This document shows, in pieces, positions 1 through 14,600 of a stretch of DNA of 64,000 nucleotides (position 1 is the stretch's first letter; each line of letters begins with the position of its first letter). The position numbers and the translations under genes were made by a program. The notes beneath the pieces are model-generated. The model was not told the DNA's origin, did not search any database, and saw nothing but the letters and a program-made list of their open reading frames with translations. This stretch comes from Lama guanicoe (taxonomy: Eukaryota), in contig MU053934.1 in the NCBI GenBank assembly GCA_013239625.1, positions 155,241 to 219,240 of the forward strand. The letters run 5' to 3'.

Positions 1-1189
1 TGCTGACACCAACAGTTAACCTCTCCGGGGCGTCTGTCCGGTCATCTGTAATAACACTGACCTCATAGAGGGGCGTGAGGAACAGAGCTGATTTACACCA
101 ACAGCTGGCAGGGTTGCTGGCCAAGGTAAGGGCTCGATAAATTGCAACTATCATCATTTTTAGCAGATATATTTTAACAGAGCTTGGGTGGAGCATTTTG
201 CTGGATATCCATGCTGAAGAAGTCAGTCTCCAGGAGCCCTGGGCGGGTGAGGGGTGGGGGGTCTCACAGCTGCCACCGCAAACTACTCTGAGCCACATCC
301 CAACCAACACCGTAACCCTGGTCACAAACATACCTACTTTAAGCGTCTGGATCAGAAACAAGTCCACCCACTCACAGGGGAAGTTTTTCCTTAAGCCAAT
401 GGAGAGCCAATATGGTTATGTGCCTATGATAAAGGACAGCGCATGCTTATTTGGGACTTCTGATAGAATCGTTTTCCTTACCACTTCTCAAAATTCTGGC
501 GCCTAGCAATGAACGAGGTCAAAGGTCACAAACTGGTCTGGAGTTGGGGTGGGACGGTTCCATTGATCCTGAAGACATGCTTGATCTGGCACAACAGTTG
601 TTTGAATTCTTTTTTAAGAAGTTACTTGTCAACACTAAAAACCAAAACATGAGCATCTAGATTTCTAGCTCCTCTTGAAAAATACAGAGACCTTGGCCCA
701 CTACTCTCTCCAGAGCAATGATTCCACAACTGCAGTGAACAGATGGCAGCTGCCTGAGATGAGGGCTCTGGTCTCCTATTCTTGGCTCCTTTAGGCCAAG
801 GTCCTGGCCCCAGCAAGCATGTAGGTTTGTGACTCCTGACAGAAGTCCATGTCTTCATTTTACAATGAGGACACAGGTTGAAATAAACAGGATTGTTGGA
901 AGTCACACAGTTCCTTACGGCACAGGGTGCAAGCGGGAGCCAGGATTCCTGGGTTGCAGCCGATGCCCTGTCCACCATAAAACACAAAGTCAATGCCATG
1001 ACATCATGTTCAAACCAGGAAGGACATGGGTACACCAAACCAAGAGTAGGGGCTGGCATGAGAAACAGACCAAAGTAGGCAAAGACTTCCAGGTACAGGC
1101 TTTTGCAAGTCTCAGGTGGCAACATTTGAAAGAGGTTCCTTGTCTTCCCTTCCAAAGCTCAGCCTCCTTTGCAGACAGTTAATGATTTC

Positions 1190-1815
1190 CACTGCAGAAT
1201 CTCTCTCTGGTCCATCTACCTGTCTCTGCTGCTCCATGCACTTGGCCTCCAGCATCTCGCACCAGAATGACTGCAACAGTTTCCTAACTCATCTCTTCTA
1301 GCCCTACTGACTGCGATCCTTCCCTGATGCAGCAGGAATGACCTTCCTTAAATGCACAGCTAATCAAGCCATTCTCTCAGCGACTTTCCATTGGCCGCCC
1401 TGCCTCATAAAATCCCAAGTCCTAGCATATTATGAGAAGTCCTGCGGGACCCACCTGGCTTACATTTCTGGCCACATCATCTCCTGCTGTCCTCCCCATC
1501 AGGGTTCTGGCCACCTTGCTTCCCTGGAATGGACCTCTCTATTGGAACATCACCCCCCTCTCCTGGCTCACTCCAGCTCAGCCTTCAGGTCTCCACTTAG
1601 ATCTCTCTAGACCATCCTTTCCCAGACTGCCTCCACCCCAGATTAGGTTCATAACACTGGGATGGGACACCCCACTCACAGTAGCTAAAGAATCTGTGTC
1701 TTAAATATTCCTGTTGGCTTAAAGCTCTGGAATTCACAGATCCCATGTGCTTCACAGATACGGGGGTCCCTAAGATGAGTTGTGAATATCCACTAAGCAA
1801 ATGGATACTGTGGAT
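1190..1815 (+). mobile_element. L2 LINE fragment
   Basis: Pyrimidine-rich L2 3' text (actgcaacagtttcctaact..., ataaaatcccaagtcc..., ctcagccttcaggtctc). Confidence 0.6.
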
Positions 1816-3603
1816 GGAAGAGAAGAAAAACTCCGAAAGTCCCACTACCTTTTCACTCTAGACGGGAAGTCACTTCACTTCTCTGGGCACTTAAGCACAT
1901 GTGCACGTAACTGAGAAGTGGACAAAATCAGGTATTCTCCACTCAGGGCCTCTGCACGTCTACAGGGCCCGGGAAGAAAGTAATGGAGTGTTCGGGGCAA
2001 TTCGCAGTATTTCAAAACGCTCAAGGGAAACCATACACCTTCCTGTGATAAGATGGCTGAGACCAACTCAAAGTTCAGGTGACTGCAGGAAGGAAATGCT
2101 AACTAATGGGCAATACCACTTACCTCGCGGTGGGTAAGGTCACGATAGGCAGTTAACGACATCTTCCGTCAATCAAACGTAGGGAGACAGCACAGAACAC
2201 AGCCTGATCCCGTGCCATGCTTCTCACATCGTGAAGCCCCCGAGGCAAGACAATCAAATCGTCTTTGATGGGGGAGGAGAGACCACAGACTTTTAAGATG
2301 GGGCTATTCACCTTCGACTAGCTGGAGGGAAGTCTCCTCGAGTGCTCTGCAGAAGAGCCCCGGGAGGGTGGAGGATGGGCTGGGTTCCAACCCTGAAGCC
2401 TCTCTCCTCCAGGTCAGGGGCAGCCCTCACCCCCACCACCTGTTCGCTTGGGAGCTCTGTCATCATCCCACAAACTGCTGACCATTCAGAATTTACAGGA
2501 ATCCAGGGCTGGGAGCGCCCTCTGGCCACACGGGGGCACCCTCACTCCACACACTGGGATCCCAAGGCCCAGCTGGAGCCGGAGCTGGAGGACCGCTCCA
2601 TTCCTGGAGCCCCGCAGGGTCAGGAGTTGGGGATCCTGGTGCTCCGTGCCACAGTCTAGGCTCTTTGGGAAGCCACCTCTCACCCTCCCTGGCTGGGGGT
2701 TATGCTGCCCAGGGGTCGATCACCTGCTGTTCTTCACAGAGACAGGCTGGAAGGGACTCCACCGGCTCACAGGGGAGAGGCTGATGCTCTGAAATCCCAA
2801 GATAACCCCGGAAGGAAAGCTGACTTGGACAGTGGACGGAGAACACAGGGCAGAGATGGAGCTCACATCACACCCGTGCCCTGGCTTGAGTGCAAGACGT
2901 TTAGAGACTCCTGTAGAAGCTCTTTGAAGAGTGAGAGTGACAGACTGAGAGACAGAGACAGACAGGAACACACACGGAAGGAGGGAAGTGGGAAGGGCAA
3001 GGGAACTGGAGAGAAAGAATTCAGACCCTGCCCTGTTTGGGACAGTCAGGAACCCCAGAGCAGGCAGACAAGTACGATGCGTACAGGGCGGCCTGCAGGC
3101 CTGGGGTCCTCCAGACACTGGCTCAAATCCTAGAGCAGCCCGAGAATGTAGATTCCTTTGCTTCTCTGGGCCTCACTGTTCCCCACAATAAAAGGAGGGC
3201 TGGTAACCATGCCTGTCTTTTGGGCTGGAAGTGTGGTCCCAGCAGGACAATTAATCTGTGCAAACCACCCCTCATGGTACCTGGGTCAGGCAGGCAGGCA
3301 CTCACTTGGGAGCAGACCTAACTCACACTGACAACAATGATAAAAGATTAAAGAACATTGGCCATTTACATCTTGTGATTTAAGTTTGCTCGCATGGGGA
3401 CCTTTGGGCTAGATGAATTCTACGGCCCCTTCCAGTCTGGATGATTTGTTATTCAATAATAATGCCTCTCCCCACACAGCCATCGAGGCTGTTCACAAGT
3501 GGGGAGCTTGCTCCAGCTGTTGGATGCCCGCCTCTCCACATGGGGAGAGTTGGAAAGGGTCACAGAGCACCCCAGAGGCAGAGGCCAGAGTGATTAAGCA
3601 CAT

Positions 3604-3653
3604 GACCCCGGAGTCAGGCCGGCGGACCCCGGAGTCAGGCCGGCGGACCCCGG
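3604..3653. repeat. 21-bp tandem repeat (2.4 copies) within a MIR-like segment
   Basis: gaccccggagtcaggccggcg twice, then gaccccgg. Confidence 0.9.
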
Positions 3654-4009
3654 GTCCCACGTTAGTAGGTGAGCAGCCCTGGCATCACAGCTCCCCATCC
3701 CCCTCCTACAGTCTCCCGTTGGGAAAATAAAGATATAATAATAATAACAATACCACCTGTGGCAGGGACTGCAAGGGGAGGGACTGAAATCCTGCTCAGC
3801 ACATGTTCGGAACAGTGCCCGGCACTCTGCAAGCACGTCCGTAAATGTTAGCTGCCACCACCACTCAATTCGTTTTACAGAATAGGCAGTGATCTTTTAG
3901 AAGGGTTAGATGAAGGTAGTCTGACCCAAAACTGGATGAGGGACGATCTGTTTTCATAGACGCTATAGAGAGAGCATTAGACTGGGAGACCAGAGCTGTT
4001 TCCTAGACC

Positions 4010-4678
<669 letters not shown>

Positions 4679-7600
4679 CTAAACATTAACCACTGTGTGA
4701 TGGGGGCAAATCACCAAACCTCAGTTCCTTTGCCTATAAAATGAGCACAAAAACACTCACCTTTCTGCTACTAGTCTTTGCTTCCAGCTAAATGTGAAAA
4801 TCTTGATGTGACATTGAGCGTCACATCCCACTATACGCCTTTTCTTTTCAGACTCGTCTTTTCAGCAGCGGGTGGGGAAGAATATACTAAATGATGTAAA
4901 GATCCCCTTCCAGCTTGAAACTCCCTACCTCTCCTTCTGTCTCAGCAAAGATGAACAGTAGCCCTACTGCGCCCCTAAAGCAGGGACCAGCCGTAGGAGA
5001 TTTAGCCAAATCAAGGCCGTGAGTTACAAGGAGCATTAAAATAAGCAGTAAAAACAAGAGTCATAATAACCACAATTACCGACTCATTACCACACTCCAG
5101 ACACTTTGCAGAATTCTCCCCCCAAACCCTGTGCCCCCGCTGTCCTTCCCCCCATCTTCCTAATCAAGGAATTGGGGCTCTAGGTGTCCAGGCCCCTTTG
5201 GTTCTCGAACTTGGGCCAAATGTGTGTAGACAGGACTTCTGAGATAGTGAGAAGAAAGTACTACTGGGTGTTTGGCCAAGGGAAGGGGAAGAAAAAGTGA
5301 ATGTTGGGGACAAAAGTGAGCCTGGAGTGACGGTGTCTTCATTTTTCAGAGCCCTTACTGCTCCAGAGCGCCAGGCAAGGCCACCTGAGAAGCGCTGCGC
5401 CAAGGAGAGCGGGGGAAGAATGGAGCCCAAAGGAAAAACAAGAGGTGCGTCCAACAGAGAAGGTCCTGCAAAAATGTTTCAAGAGGAATCTATAAAGATT
5501 TTTCTCCCCCAGAGGCATTAGAAGTGCCTGGTACACAAAATCTATGGTTAAGAAAGAGCAAAAGCCTGTTTCAATTATTTTCCCCTACCCAGCAAGAGGT
5601 ACAGAATCAGCGGCCTCCCGGTCAGCAGGCCCACTTTATTCGGACAGTTACCAGGAAATAGACCTCATGCATTTCCACGCTTCTAAACAAAAGAAAATGG
5701 GCACACCTGTCCTGTGTCAATGGCTTTCGTGATGGACGTTCAGTTTCCTCTCATTCTGTGAGTGGGTACTGCCTAGATTGGCTTCCTGTTTCACTAAGGA
5801 TTAAGATATTCATCAGGCTAAAATGCCCTCCATTTCTCATACTTTATGACACTTGTTCATCAAAGTGACCAGAGTCAGTTTTTAAAGCGGCACTACATTC
5901 ACCACAAGGCTTGATTTCATGAAATTTGTGTTCAGCCTCTGCTACGAGGGCCCTGGTTTCTGCTGGGCTCCGAGAATCAGGGATGCTGAGTTATCCCACC
6001 AGCACCTCAGTTTCCTTGTCTGCAAAGAGGGAGGACCCTGAACTTGGAAGAGAGAGCTGTTTCGACAAATTCTCTGAGATCTGGAGAGGACAGGGCAAGG
6101 ATCATTTCTAACACGTGGACGTCAGAGCTGCTGGAGGGAGCGGGATGTCGGAGGCACGTGGGGCTGTGATGAGAGGTCAGCCTCTGCTGTGGGTTCTCCC
6201 AGTGATGTGGTTTTTGACTCTGTGTCTTGAGTTTTCCAAGCAGGGAGCAAGCCCCACCTGGTCCAGCCCGTCTTCCCACCTCTGTGAAGAGTTTAGAGTG
6301 AGAACAGAGACACAGAGCACTTAGGTTTCTCAGGAGAGAGGTGCTGCTGCTGTGACGAACATCACATCCACGTGGATATTACACGAAAGGGTGCCCGATA
6401 TTTCGTGGAAACTCAGTGAGCAAAAACTAATGATGGCACAACCACGTCTGCTCCTGCCACCAGCCCCAAACTCTCTATTCTCCCTTAGAACCAAGCTTTC
6501 CGCCAGGACCCGAACACCGGTGACAAACTGAGGTCCACGATCATGATGATAATACATAAAATGCGATCACGATGCAATAAATCCCCACCATTCATCTGCG
6601 GCTCACGACGTGCCGGCCACATTTTGGCTGTTACCACTTTAAACAGTCACAGTGATGCTACAGACAGAGTGGAGATGCTCATCCCTGCTTTACAGGTGAG
6701 GGCGCTCCAGGAGGTGAAGCGACTTCCTTTAAGTCACGTAGCTCCCAAGTGAGGAGCTGGACTCACTCCCAGGTCTGCCTGACGCCAGTGCCCGGGACCC
6801 AGACCACGATTCAAAAGGAACTGGTTTCTGGTGGAGAAAGATGTCCCCGTCGCCTGTCTCCCCAAACAGGAATGCATTCTTCTCTGGCTGTCCGATTCTT
6901 TCTCTTCCTTCCTCCTCCTCCCCAGTCTCTCTGGGGGTCTCCCTCCATGATCCCCCGTGCTCTCCATCCTTCTCCTGGTTGTCTCTCCCCACACCCGCCC
7001 CTCAAGTCCCCGCGCAGCTCTTGTTGACACTAAGTTTTGTGCCAAATCTTTCTTTGATCTCTCACGAAGGAAGGAAAAAGCGCCTGGCCCAGCAAGGGCC
7101 TGGGCCAAGGAAGACTGTTTCAAGAGACAAAGATTAATTCTATAACTATAGGATTATCAGTTTGGAAAGAATCTTGGAGACTTTTTATCTGATGATACCG
7201 CTGTTATAAAGAAAGAGCTCAGCCTCAGGGAGGGGTGATTTGCGGGAAAGCTCATGATGGGCAAGAGGAAGGCCTGACACCAGGACCCCCAGGCCTGGTG
7301 CTCTGTCCCGTGCTGTCTCCCTCCCCTACACTGGGAAGAGGAGGTCAGAGGCTCAGGAATGGCCCAAGAGAGGTCTGGAAGATCCAGAAAGATCCAAAAA
7401 GACCCCAGGGAGTCCTACCGAGACAGGAAGTACCACACGGTCCGGGCAGGAGCAAGGGAGCAGGCAGGGAGATGGTCGAGTCCGAAACCTCAAAGACTGG
7501 GATTGGAAGGAATTCTAGAACGTCAGTTGGCCCAAGCAGCCCGGGCAGGTGGCCACTCAACCTCTGCTGGAATGGGGAACCCACTCCCTCCAAGGCAGAC

Positions 7601-8179
7601 ATCTCCAACCTGGTGCATGAGCAAGGCAGGCAGGCTGCAGGCTACAGACAGTGACAATGGGTTCTGGGCTCAGACAGAACTGGGTTTGAACTCTGAGGGC
7701 GTCAGCATCCCCAGGATTACATGTCCATATTTGCATATCAGGGGTAACAACACCTTTGTGCATTACAGAATGGCTATGAGTCATTCCTCTCCCTCTCGTC
7801 TCACCCTGTGGTAGCACCCTCCCCAACACTGATTCTGGGCTGGCCTTGCGACTTGCTTTTGATCCATGGGATGTTAGGGAACACGAAGCAAGCAGAGGTA
7901 TTAAAAAGTGCTTGTATGTGGGGGGGTTGCCCCCAGCTGCCCTTGGAACCTTGTGACCACCACCGTGTGAACAAGTCTCCTTACTCACCCCTATCAATGT
8001 CTGGCACAAATCGGAAATGCAGCAGGTACCCAGGACATGAGAGCTGTAATTTCCCCCTCAGGTTCCAATTCTGCCTTTCAGACATGCACTCAGCCTACAG
8101 CTATCTCCTGAGTAACGGCAAGGTGCAGGTATTGGGCTGGGCCCCAGCACGAACAAGAAACACAAGGTTCTTGCACTTT

Positions 8180-8640
8180 TGAAGTGTCTTTCCAGTGGGG
8201 GGAGGAGATAACAAATCAAGGTAAGTTCGGAGTGAACGAAGAGCTAGAGAGGCAGCAGAACCAGACACGGGACTCAGGGCGAGGGCTGGCCAGGGAAGGC
8301 CAGACGGAGAGGCCACCACGAGACCCGCACAATGAGAAGGATCGGCCTTGGGAGAGCCTGGATGAAAAACTTTCCAAGAAGAGAGAACAGCCCATGGGAT
8401 CGAGCAGAGTTTAGCATGTTCAAGGAAGAAGAGACAGGACCAGTGTGGACGGCAGACGGGCAAGGGAGGAGGAAGAGAGGAGAGCTGGGTGGTGGGCGGG
8501 TGCTCGGTCATGGAGGGGTGGGTCTGCGAGACCACAGTGGGCAGCTCTGATATTATTCTAAAGGCAATGCGAAATCATCAGAGAGTTCTAATAATGCGAC
8601 TTGATGGAAAGATTTTTAAAATATCACCCTGGCTGTTACA
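8180..8640 (-). mobile_element. L2 LINE fragment
   Basis: Purine-rich antisense L2 text (gcatgttcaaggaagaagagacaggaccagtgtgg..., tattctaaaggcaatgcgaaatcatc..., aaaatatcaccctggctg). Confidence 0.6.
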
Positions 8641-10854
8641 CGAGGAAGGGAGTCCCTTTCCCTCTCTAGCAGGCTGGGGCTCATGCGGGAGGCTTGTGAC
8701 AGCAGAGTCCTGGGCCTCCCTCTAGAGATGCTTGTTGGGCGGGTCTGGGCTGAGTCCTGAGAATCTGTATTCTCACAGACTCCCGAGTGATGCTGCGTGG
8801 CTGGCTGGAGCAGCCTGGCTCTACAGGATGGGACCTGTTGGCTCAGTTCACAGTCTCTCCCCTCGAGTCGCAGAAGACAGACAGAAGGCCCCTCCCTCTG
8901 CCACACGATTCCCTGGAACTCCCATTAGGACCTGAACAACTTCGTCCAAGGGCAGGAGAGAGCAAGCGCCTCCTGGTCAGCTGGCCAGGCTGCGGTGGCC
9001 AGGATCCCTCCTGGCCAGCCCACTCTGTCCTTTCAACCACTCTCGTCCGCCTCTGGGATGGGAGGGAAGCCTCCGTCCCTCCCAAGGAGCAGGGCGGGGA
9101 GCAGACCTGCCAGCCCCATGGCTGCGGCAGGCGAGGCTACATTTATGCCTTCCGAACGGAATTCTAGAGGGAACTGGGCACTGCCTGCTGGCTCTCCTAA
9201 TTTGCTGTGGCACTCACGTAGGGCCTACTTCTGACTCAAAGGCTTACAAACACACTTGAAATGTTTCTTCAATTAAAAATCAATCCAACAGGCACCAGTC
9301 AGCCTGCCGCATCGTAATTGGATGTGTGGGATGGGGGAGAAGGGGGACTTCCATCGTCTTCATCAGTTTGCAGTACTGCTTTATAATGTTGGATTATGTC
9401 CCGCTAAGCATCTCTTGTTAGGGCGTGGAATTCCTTGGGTTCTCAGAGGTATTGTCCAGTTGGCAGTACTTGTCACAACATGTTGCGGGGAACATGCGCC
9501 TGCCGTGCTCGGGGATGTGTGTGCTTGGAGGGGAAGGCGTCTGAGGTTAGTGTTTGCAGCAGATGGGAGAGGGGCCAGCTAGCTGTGAGGGGAGGTCCTG
9601 CCGGGTCTCCTGCAGCCTTGGCCAGGAGGATGCTTCGGGCTGGATGTCTTTGGACAGGAGAGGCCCTGTCCTGCCTTATTCTTTTGCTGATAACAAGTGC
9701 CTGAAGAAGGATGCATTTGGGTTGTTAATAATTAAACATTTTTTTTCTTCTGATTATAAATTCCGGGTAGCAAATCCCACAGCCAGCATAAAGGTAAAAC
9801 ATTAAGGGAAGAAGAGAAGCTAATATTTTTGGCATACCTGCTTCTCATGGGGCATTTTCCAGCCTCTTACTTTATAAAACTGAGTGATCTGTGAACTTGA
9901 CCATATTATTGCCATTTCACAGATAAGTAGAGTGAGGCTCAAAAACCCTAAGTACCTTGCCCAAATTCACATGGCTAGTAAGTGGTACAACTTGACTTTG
10001 AACCTAGGTCTTTCTTTTTTTCTCCCCTTACATCACTTTACCTCTCCTAAACACCTGCCTTGTGCAGACGCTGTGGTCAGACGTCTGGATCCAGCAAGTA
10101 TTTACTGAATGCAAGGTTAAGTGTCAAGGGTTTTCACAGACAGTCTCATGTTTTCACCCAAGTTTGGAGAGTTTGGAGGTAGCCACTGGCCACTGATCTT
10201 GATGCAGAATGTCTTGGTGATACACTGAATGTGTAATAGGAGGCATGAATGGGACCAAGGAAGCCCAGGATGCTCTGAAAGATGGGAGCCTGGGATTACA
10301 TGGAACTCACGCACGTGGGAAGATCAGAATGTCTGAGCTTCAGGTGCCTCATCTGAGGGGGCTGAGGTACACTAGGCTTGGTGGGGGAGAGCATGGGCAC
10401 CTAGACTGACAAGGAAGCTTAGGGGTAACATGGGACACAGGTCAAGGTCAGTCCCTCGTGGATTCTCCCTGAGAGCCTGACAGGTCTGAGCTGAAGGACT
10501 GGCCACCTCTCTTTGTTTCCCCACACCCTGCCTACCCGGCCAAGTTCATTTGCTCTCCTCTTCCTCACCTACACGCTAAGCACCTAAGCTCTAACCACAC
10601 TCGCCTCCGTGTGTTCCCCAGGGGGCCCTGTGTCCTCTCTGTTCCAGGGACACTCTCCATGTGGTGGCGCAGGGGACCTCCTTCTCTCTCTACGAGCCTT
10701 CTGCTTTCAGTCTCCTGGGCCTCTACCTCCCTCGGGAACAATCCCTGTATCTTCCTTTCTCTGCCCTGGCCAGGAAGGGGGTTTCCTGCCAGGGGTTCTC
10801 AGCCTCCCCCTGTCGTCAGCACCTGCTTCCTGCCTCTTGCAGCCGGAAGTCGAA

Positions 10855-11320
10855 GCTGATCCCTAGACTCCTGCCCCGCTGGTGTATCTGCCCTGCATCA
10901 CCCCTCCCAGGAGTGCGAGCAGAACCCAGAACACGATGGGAAATCACTGTGATTCGGTGATACAACAGACTGGAGAGATTCTCCCGCTGGCTTTGAAGAA
11001 GGAAGCTGCTACGCTCAGAGGGCCACACAACCAGGACCTGAGGGTGGCCTCCAGGAACTCAGAAGGGCCCCCAGCCAACAAGGAAACAGGACCTGCATCC
11101 TAGAGGTGAATTCTGCCCAACCCTGAATGAGCCCAGAAGTGCACCGACTCCCAGACAAGATCGCAGCCCAGACAACACCTGGACTTCAGGCCTGAGACCC
11201 CAGGCAGAGAGCCTGCTGACACGTGTCCAGGCTCCTGACTCAGACGCCGTCAGACAAATGTATGTTCCTTGCACTGTGGGATCTGTGGTGACTTATTAAC
11301 CAACAATACAAAACTAATAC
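10855..11320 (+). mobile_element. MaLR LTR (MLT1E/F-like)
   Basis: gctggctttgaagaaggaagctgc...tgagggtggcctccagg...gaattctgcccaaccctgaatgagc..., ending aaactaatac. Confidence 0.75.
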
Positions 11321-11659
11321 GTGGTCTGAGCCCTGAATACACTAGTTATTCCTTGAAGGCAGGACTTGTCTTCTATATTCCCAGCCCCACAGGAGCCTGG
11401 CACGCACACACCAGTAACAGATGCTTACGGACTGTCTGCTGAGCCATCACGGGAATTTTGGAGATGAGAAAACTGCGGCCGTGTGAAGGGAAAGACCTTG
11501 CTTGCGATGACACAGCGGGTGGAGGACGGAGCTGGTGCTACCTCTGAGCTCGCCCCTTTGTCCCATCGTGTGTCTGTCACCTGCTACCGTCAGCACGTGC
11601 TCCGAGTTTCTGCACAGGCGTCTTGGAAGCTGTGCATCTCGAGGAAGCCGCCAGCCCAG

Positions 11660-11770
11660 GGAGCTATTTAATTCCGCGAGCCGTCATTGGCTAATGAGCA
11701 GCGGGACCCGCCTCCACAGCCACGCCCAGCGCGCACCACGCCCAACGCGCATCACTCCCGGACGCCTCGG
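11660..11770 (-). promoter_or_regulatory. Candidate intronic promoter/enhancer motif cluster
   Basis: CpG-dense patch. On the minus strand, in order: GGGCGTGG (11743-11736 and 11727-11720), GGAGGCGGG (11715-11707), CCAAT (11690-11686), TTAAATAG (11671-11664). Motifs only; no activity data. Confidence 0.35.
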
Positions 11771-12199
11771 GGGCCAGGTTCCGCGCTCTCCCCAGAACCC
11801 CCAGCCTGCTTCCTCTCTGGGAGCCTCTTCGTGTCCGACTGCAGGTTCCTTCATCTGTCTGCGAGTTCTTCAATCATTCATGACTAGGAACGAGCGACAT
11901 TTACTGAACACTTACTAAGTGTGCCAGCACTTTTCAGGCATGAACTCATTTATAAACCTAAAACCACCCCACGGGCTCTCATCCATAGGCTGGACAGGCA
12001 TCTCCAAAGTGATTCAAAGACAGAATGAGATGAACTCCCTTCCTAACTGTGGGAATTGAAGGGGAAAGACGTAAGGAAACGGGGGCCAGGACGGCTCCTG
12101 TTGGCCACGTGTACCTTGCAGGGGAAGCTGGCCAGCTGAGGTGGCCAGAAGACACAGGACAGCCAGGTATAGAAACACTGCACTGAATGGCTTTGAATC

Positions 12200-12670
12200 C
12201 ATTCACCTCCTGGCAGCCAGGGGGATGTTTTCAAAAACGTAAATCAGAGTATAAAACTTCATGTAAATTTCTACAATAAGTTCTCACCACACTTAGAATA
12301 AAATCGAAATATTTTATGCATTTCTAACGTTTACAGTCTTCATCTTATGTCACTTTCCTCTCAAGCCCCTGCAATGCTTCAGCCACACTGGTCTTCTATT
12401 AGGTGTTTGAGTATGCAAGGCCCTTCCTACCACAGGGCCTTTGCACTTGCTATTTCAGCTGGCTGGAAAACTATTCTCAGCAATTCACTTGCTGGACTCC
12501 TTTTCTCATCCTCAGGTCTCTGCAGAAATGTCCCCTCCTTAGAAAGATTTCCCCTAACCATGCCACCTAAAGAGGGTCCCTGACTTGATGTTGTTATTGT
12601 CTGTCTCTGTTCCTTCAAAGTACTTATCACAATTATAATCATTTGACTCAATTATTTCTTGTTATACCAC
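12200..12670 (+). mobile_element. L2 LINE fragment
   Basis: cttcagccacactggtcttc...cacagggcctttgcacttgctattt...ctcatcctcaggtctctgcagaaatgtcccctcc. Confidence 0.7.
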
Positions 12671-12675
12671 CAGTT

Positions 12676-12841
12676 CCACGTTCTCAAATCAGGCTGCACA
12701 TGGCAAATTTAAAACAACGCAAGGTCTCCACCCTATAAAGACTCTTACTTAACTGGTTTGCAGTGGAGCCTGGCCATGAGTTTGTTTTTAAATGCCCCTC
12801 AGGTGATTCAGTTTGTCCCCAGTCAAGGTCAAGAATCAGTG
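12676..12841 (+). mobile_element. MER5A-like hAT-Charlie MITE
   Basis: ttctcaaatcaggctgcacat...tggagcctggccatgagtttgtttttaaatgcccctcaggtgattc...caagaatcagtg. Confidence 0.7.
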
Positions 12842-13255
12842 CAATACACTGTAAGCCACACAGGGGTGGGGATCATGTCAGTACTTCCTGATAAACCTCA
12901 AGGAATGATCCTTGCATCAACATGCATATAAGGAAGAGAAACAGCAACTGCTTTCCAACAGCAATTGTGGGTCTGGTCCATGTGTCTCCCTCTAATACAC
13001 CTCCCCTTTTCCTTGAGGGAATTTGAGTACAGCTCAGATTTTTAGAATCAATTCTTCCTCCATCTTCAAAACCAACCACCACCACCAGAACATTAGAGCC
13101 GCTTGTTTCCAGTGCTGGAGAGGGATGACACATAAGCCCCACCTTATCAGCTTCAATGTCCTAAGCCTGTGAGGCCATCTCTCCCTTCTCCAATCAACTG
13201 GGTGAAGGGCAGGAGTGAGGGCATGGTGTGGAGAATGGGGGGCCGTCTGCCATAC

Positions 13256-13419
13256 CTGTCCATGGAGAGCTGGGCGACCAGGGTGACATCCGTGCTGTCT
13301 GAAGCAGGCTCATACTCATAGTGCAAGAAGTACAGGTGGGTTCGGTGGACGGTGAAACGCTCTCGCCGGAACTCATAACACAGGTCATCCTCATCCAGCT
13401 CAGAAAGCTGTTTCTGGAG
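13256..13419 (-). CDS. LARGE1: LARGE1 coding exon (164 bp; about human exon 11), linker and start of GT49 domain
   Basis: Translates [54 protein letters not shown](R) (within ORF 13153..13479). Acceptor ctacctttcAG; donor AG|GTATGG. Phase 0/2. Confidence 0.97.
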
Positions 13420-14224
13420 CTGAAAGGTAGGAAAGAGGGTTTGGGAACAAGAAGGAAATCCCCAAAGGGGCCAGTCCATTGTGCCTTGTCCTCCCCTTAG
13501 TCTGTTACCCCTCGGACGTTATTGATGGGCCAAACACAAGAGGACAGGATCCTGTTTTCATTTTCCTCTGCAATTTAATCTGATTTCAAAGAGATAATGA
13601 TAAAGGGCAGCTGCTTCACCATCAGAGAATGAGAGAGACCTTCTGAGCTGAGAGTGATGGTGGCAGCACTGACAAATACATAAGCAACCACAAACTCCCT
13701 ATACACACAAAAAACATCTTCCTTGACAACCTAGCACAATAATTTTAAGTAACGGGGGAAACTGGCTAAGAACAGAGTAATGAAAACCTTTGTGTGATGC
13801 TTTTCTCTCCCTAGAACTACAGGACTTCAATCTCTGCACTAGGCATTGGAAAGAAACACAAAACAAACCTATAAACAAACAAACAAATCTTCTCCTTTAT
13901 TTTCATCCAAGTTCAATCAGTCTCAGTACCCACTCTTATAACACTCTGAAGTCTTTTACTTCATTAATCTGCTGGTACAAGTTCTTTATTCAGTTCTACT
14001 CTTCTCCTTCTTACCCAACTAGTGAAAGAGTGAACTGTCCTGATAACAGAGAACTAGGAACTTAGCATTTCACATAAGCAGATACAGACACACAGGTTTC
14101 CAGATCTTCCAACACGCAGTCACCCAATTTACAACTCTCTCATGTAAACCTCACCATATCCCTCCCAGGCAGGTGTGACCATGCCTGTTTTACAGGTGTA
14201 GAGCTGCAGTGAAACAGTAAAAGA

Positions 14225-14445
14225 ACTTTGACAGTGATGGAAATTAGATCAGTGGATGTGCGGTAGCAGAATGAATGGACTGGGAAGAGGCAGGAGAGAA
14301 GCCTTTCAGGTGACGGAAACATTTTATGTTGTGATCAAAGTGATGGTTATAGGGGTGTACACATTTGTGAAAGCATGTGCACACTTAGAATGGGTGGATT
14401 TATCAAATGCAAATTGTATTTCAATAAAATTTATTTAAAGAAAAT
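14225..14445 (+). mobile_element. Old L1 (L1MB/MC-like) 3' end
   Basis: caggtgacggaaacattttatg...gtgatggttataggggtgtacacatttgt...aaattgtatttcaataaa. Confidence 0.7.
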
Positions 14446-14600
14446 AATAATTTGCCAAAGGCCACATGGTTGCTTCCAATATATCTTCTGTTACATGAGC
14501 CCTGTCCATCACATAATGACATACAGTTGAATATAGATTAAAGTTTGTGTCTAGAGTTACTACCTTAGTTAAATGCAACAGAACATTTTCCCAAGAAGAC

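Noticed and set aside
622..1182. 177-aa minus ORF and overlapping plus ORFs as the next LARGE1 exon
   Set aside because: None matches the expected continuation (KSVIQLDLANTKKA..., from memory). The next exon lies beyond position 1.
5540..5950. Possible enhancer with ETS/IRF-like words
   Set aside because: Only short motifs in repeat-free sequence; not distinguishable from chance without conservation or chromatin data.
9090..9800. Possible old DNA-transposon remnant
   Set aside because: It looks repeat-like, but I could not identify termini or a family with any confidence.
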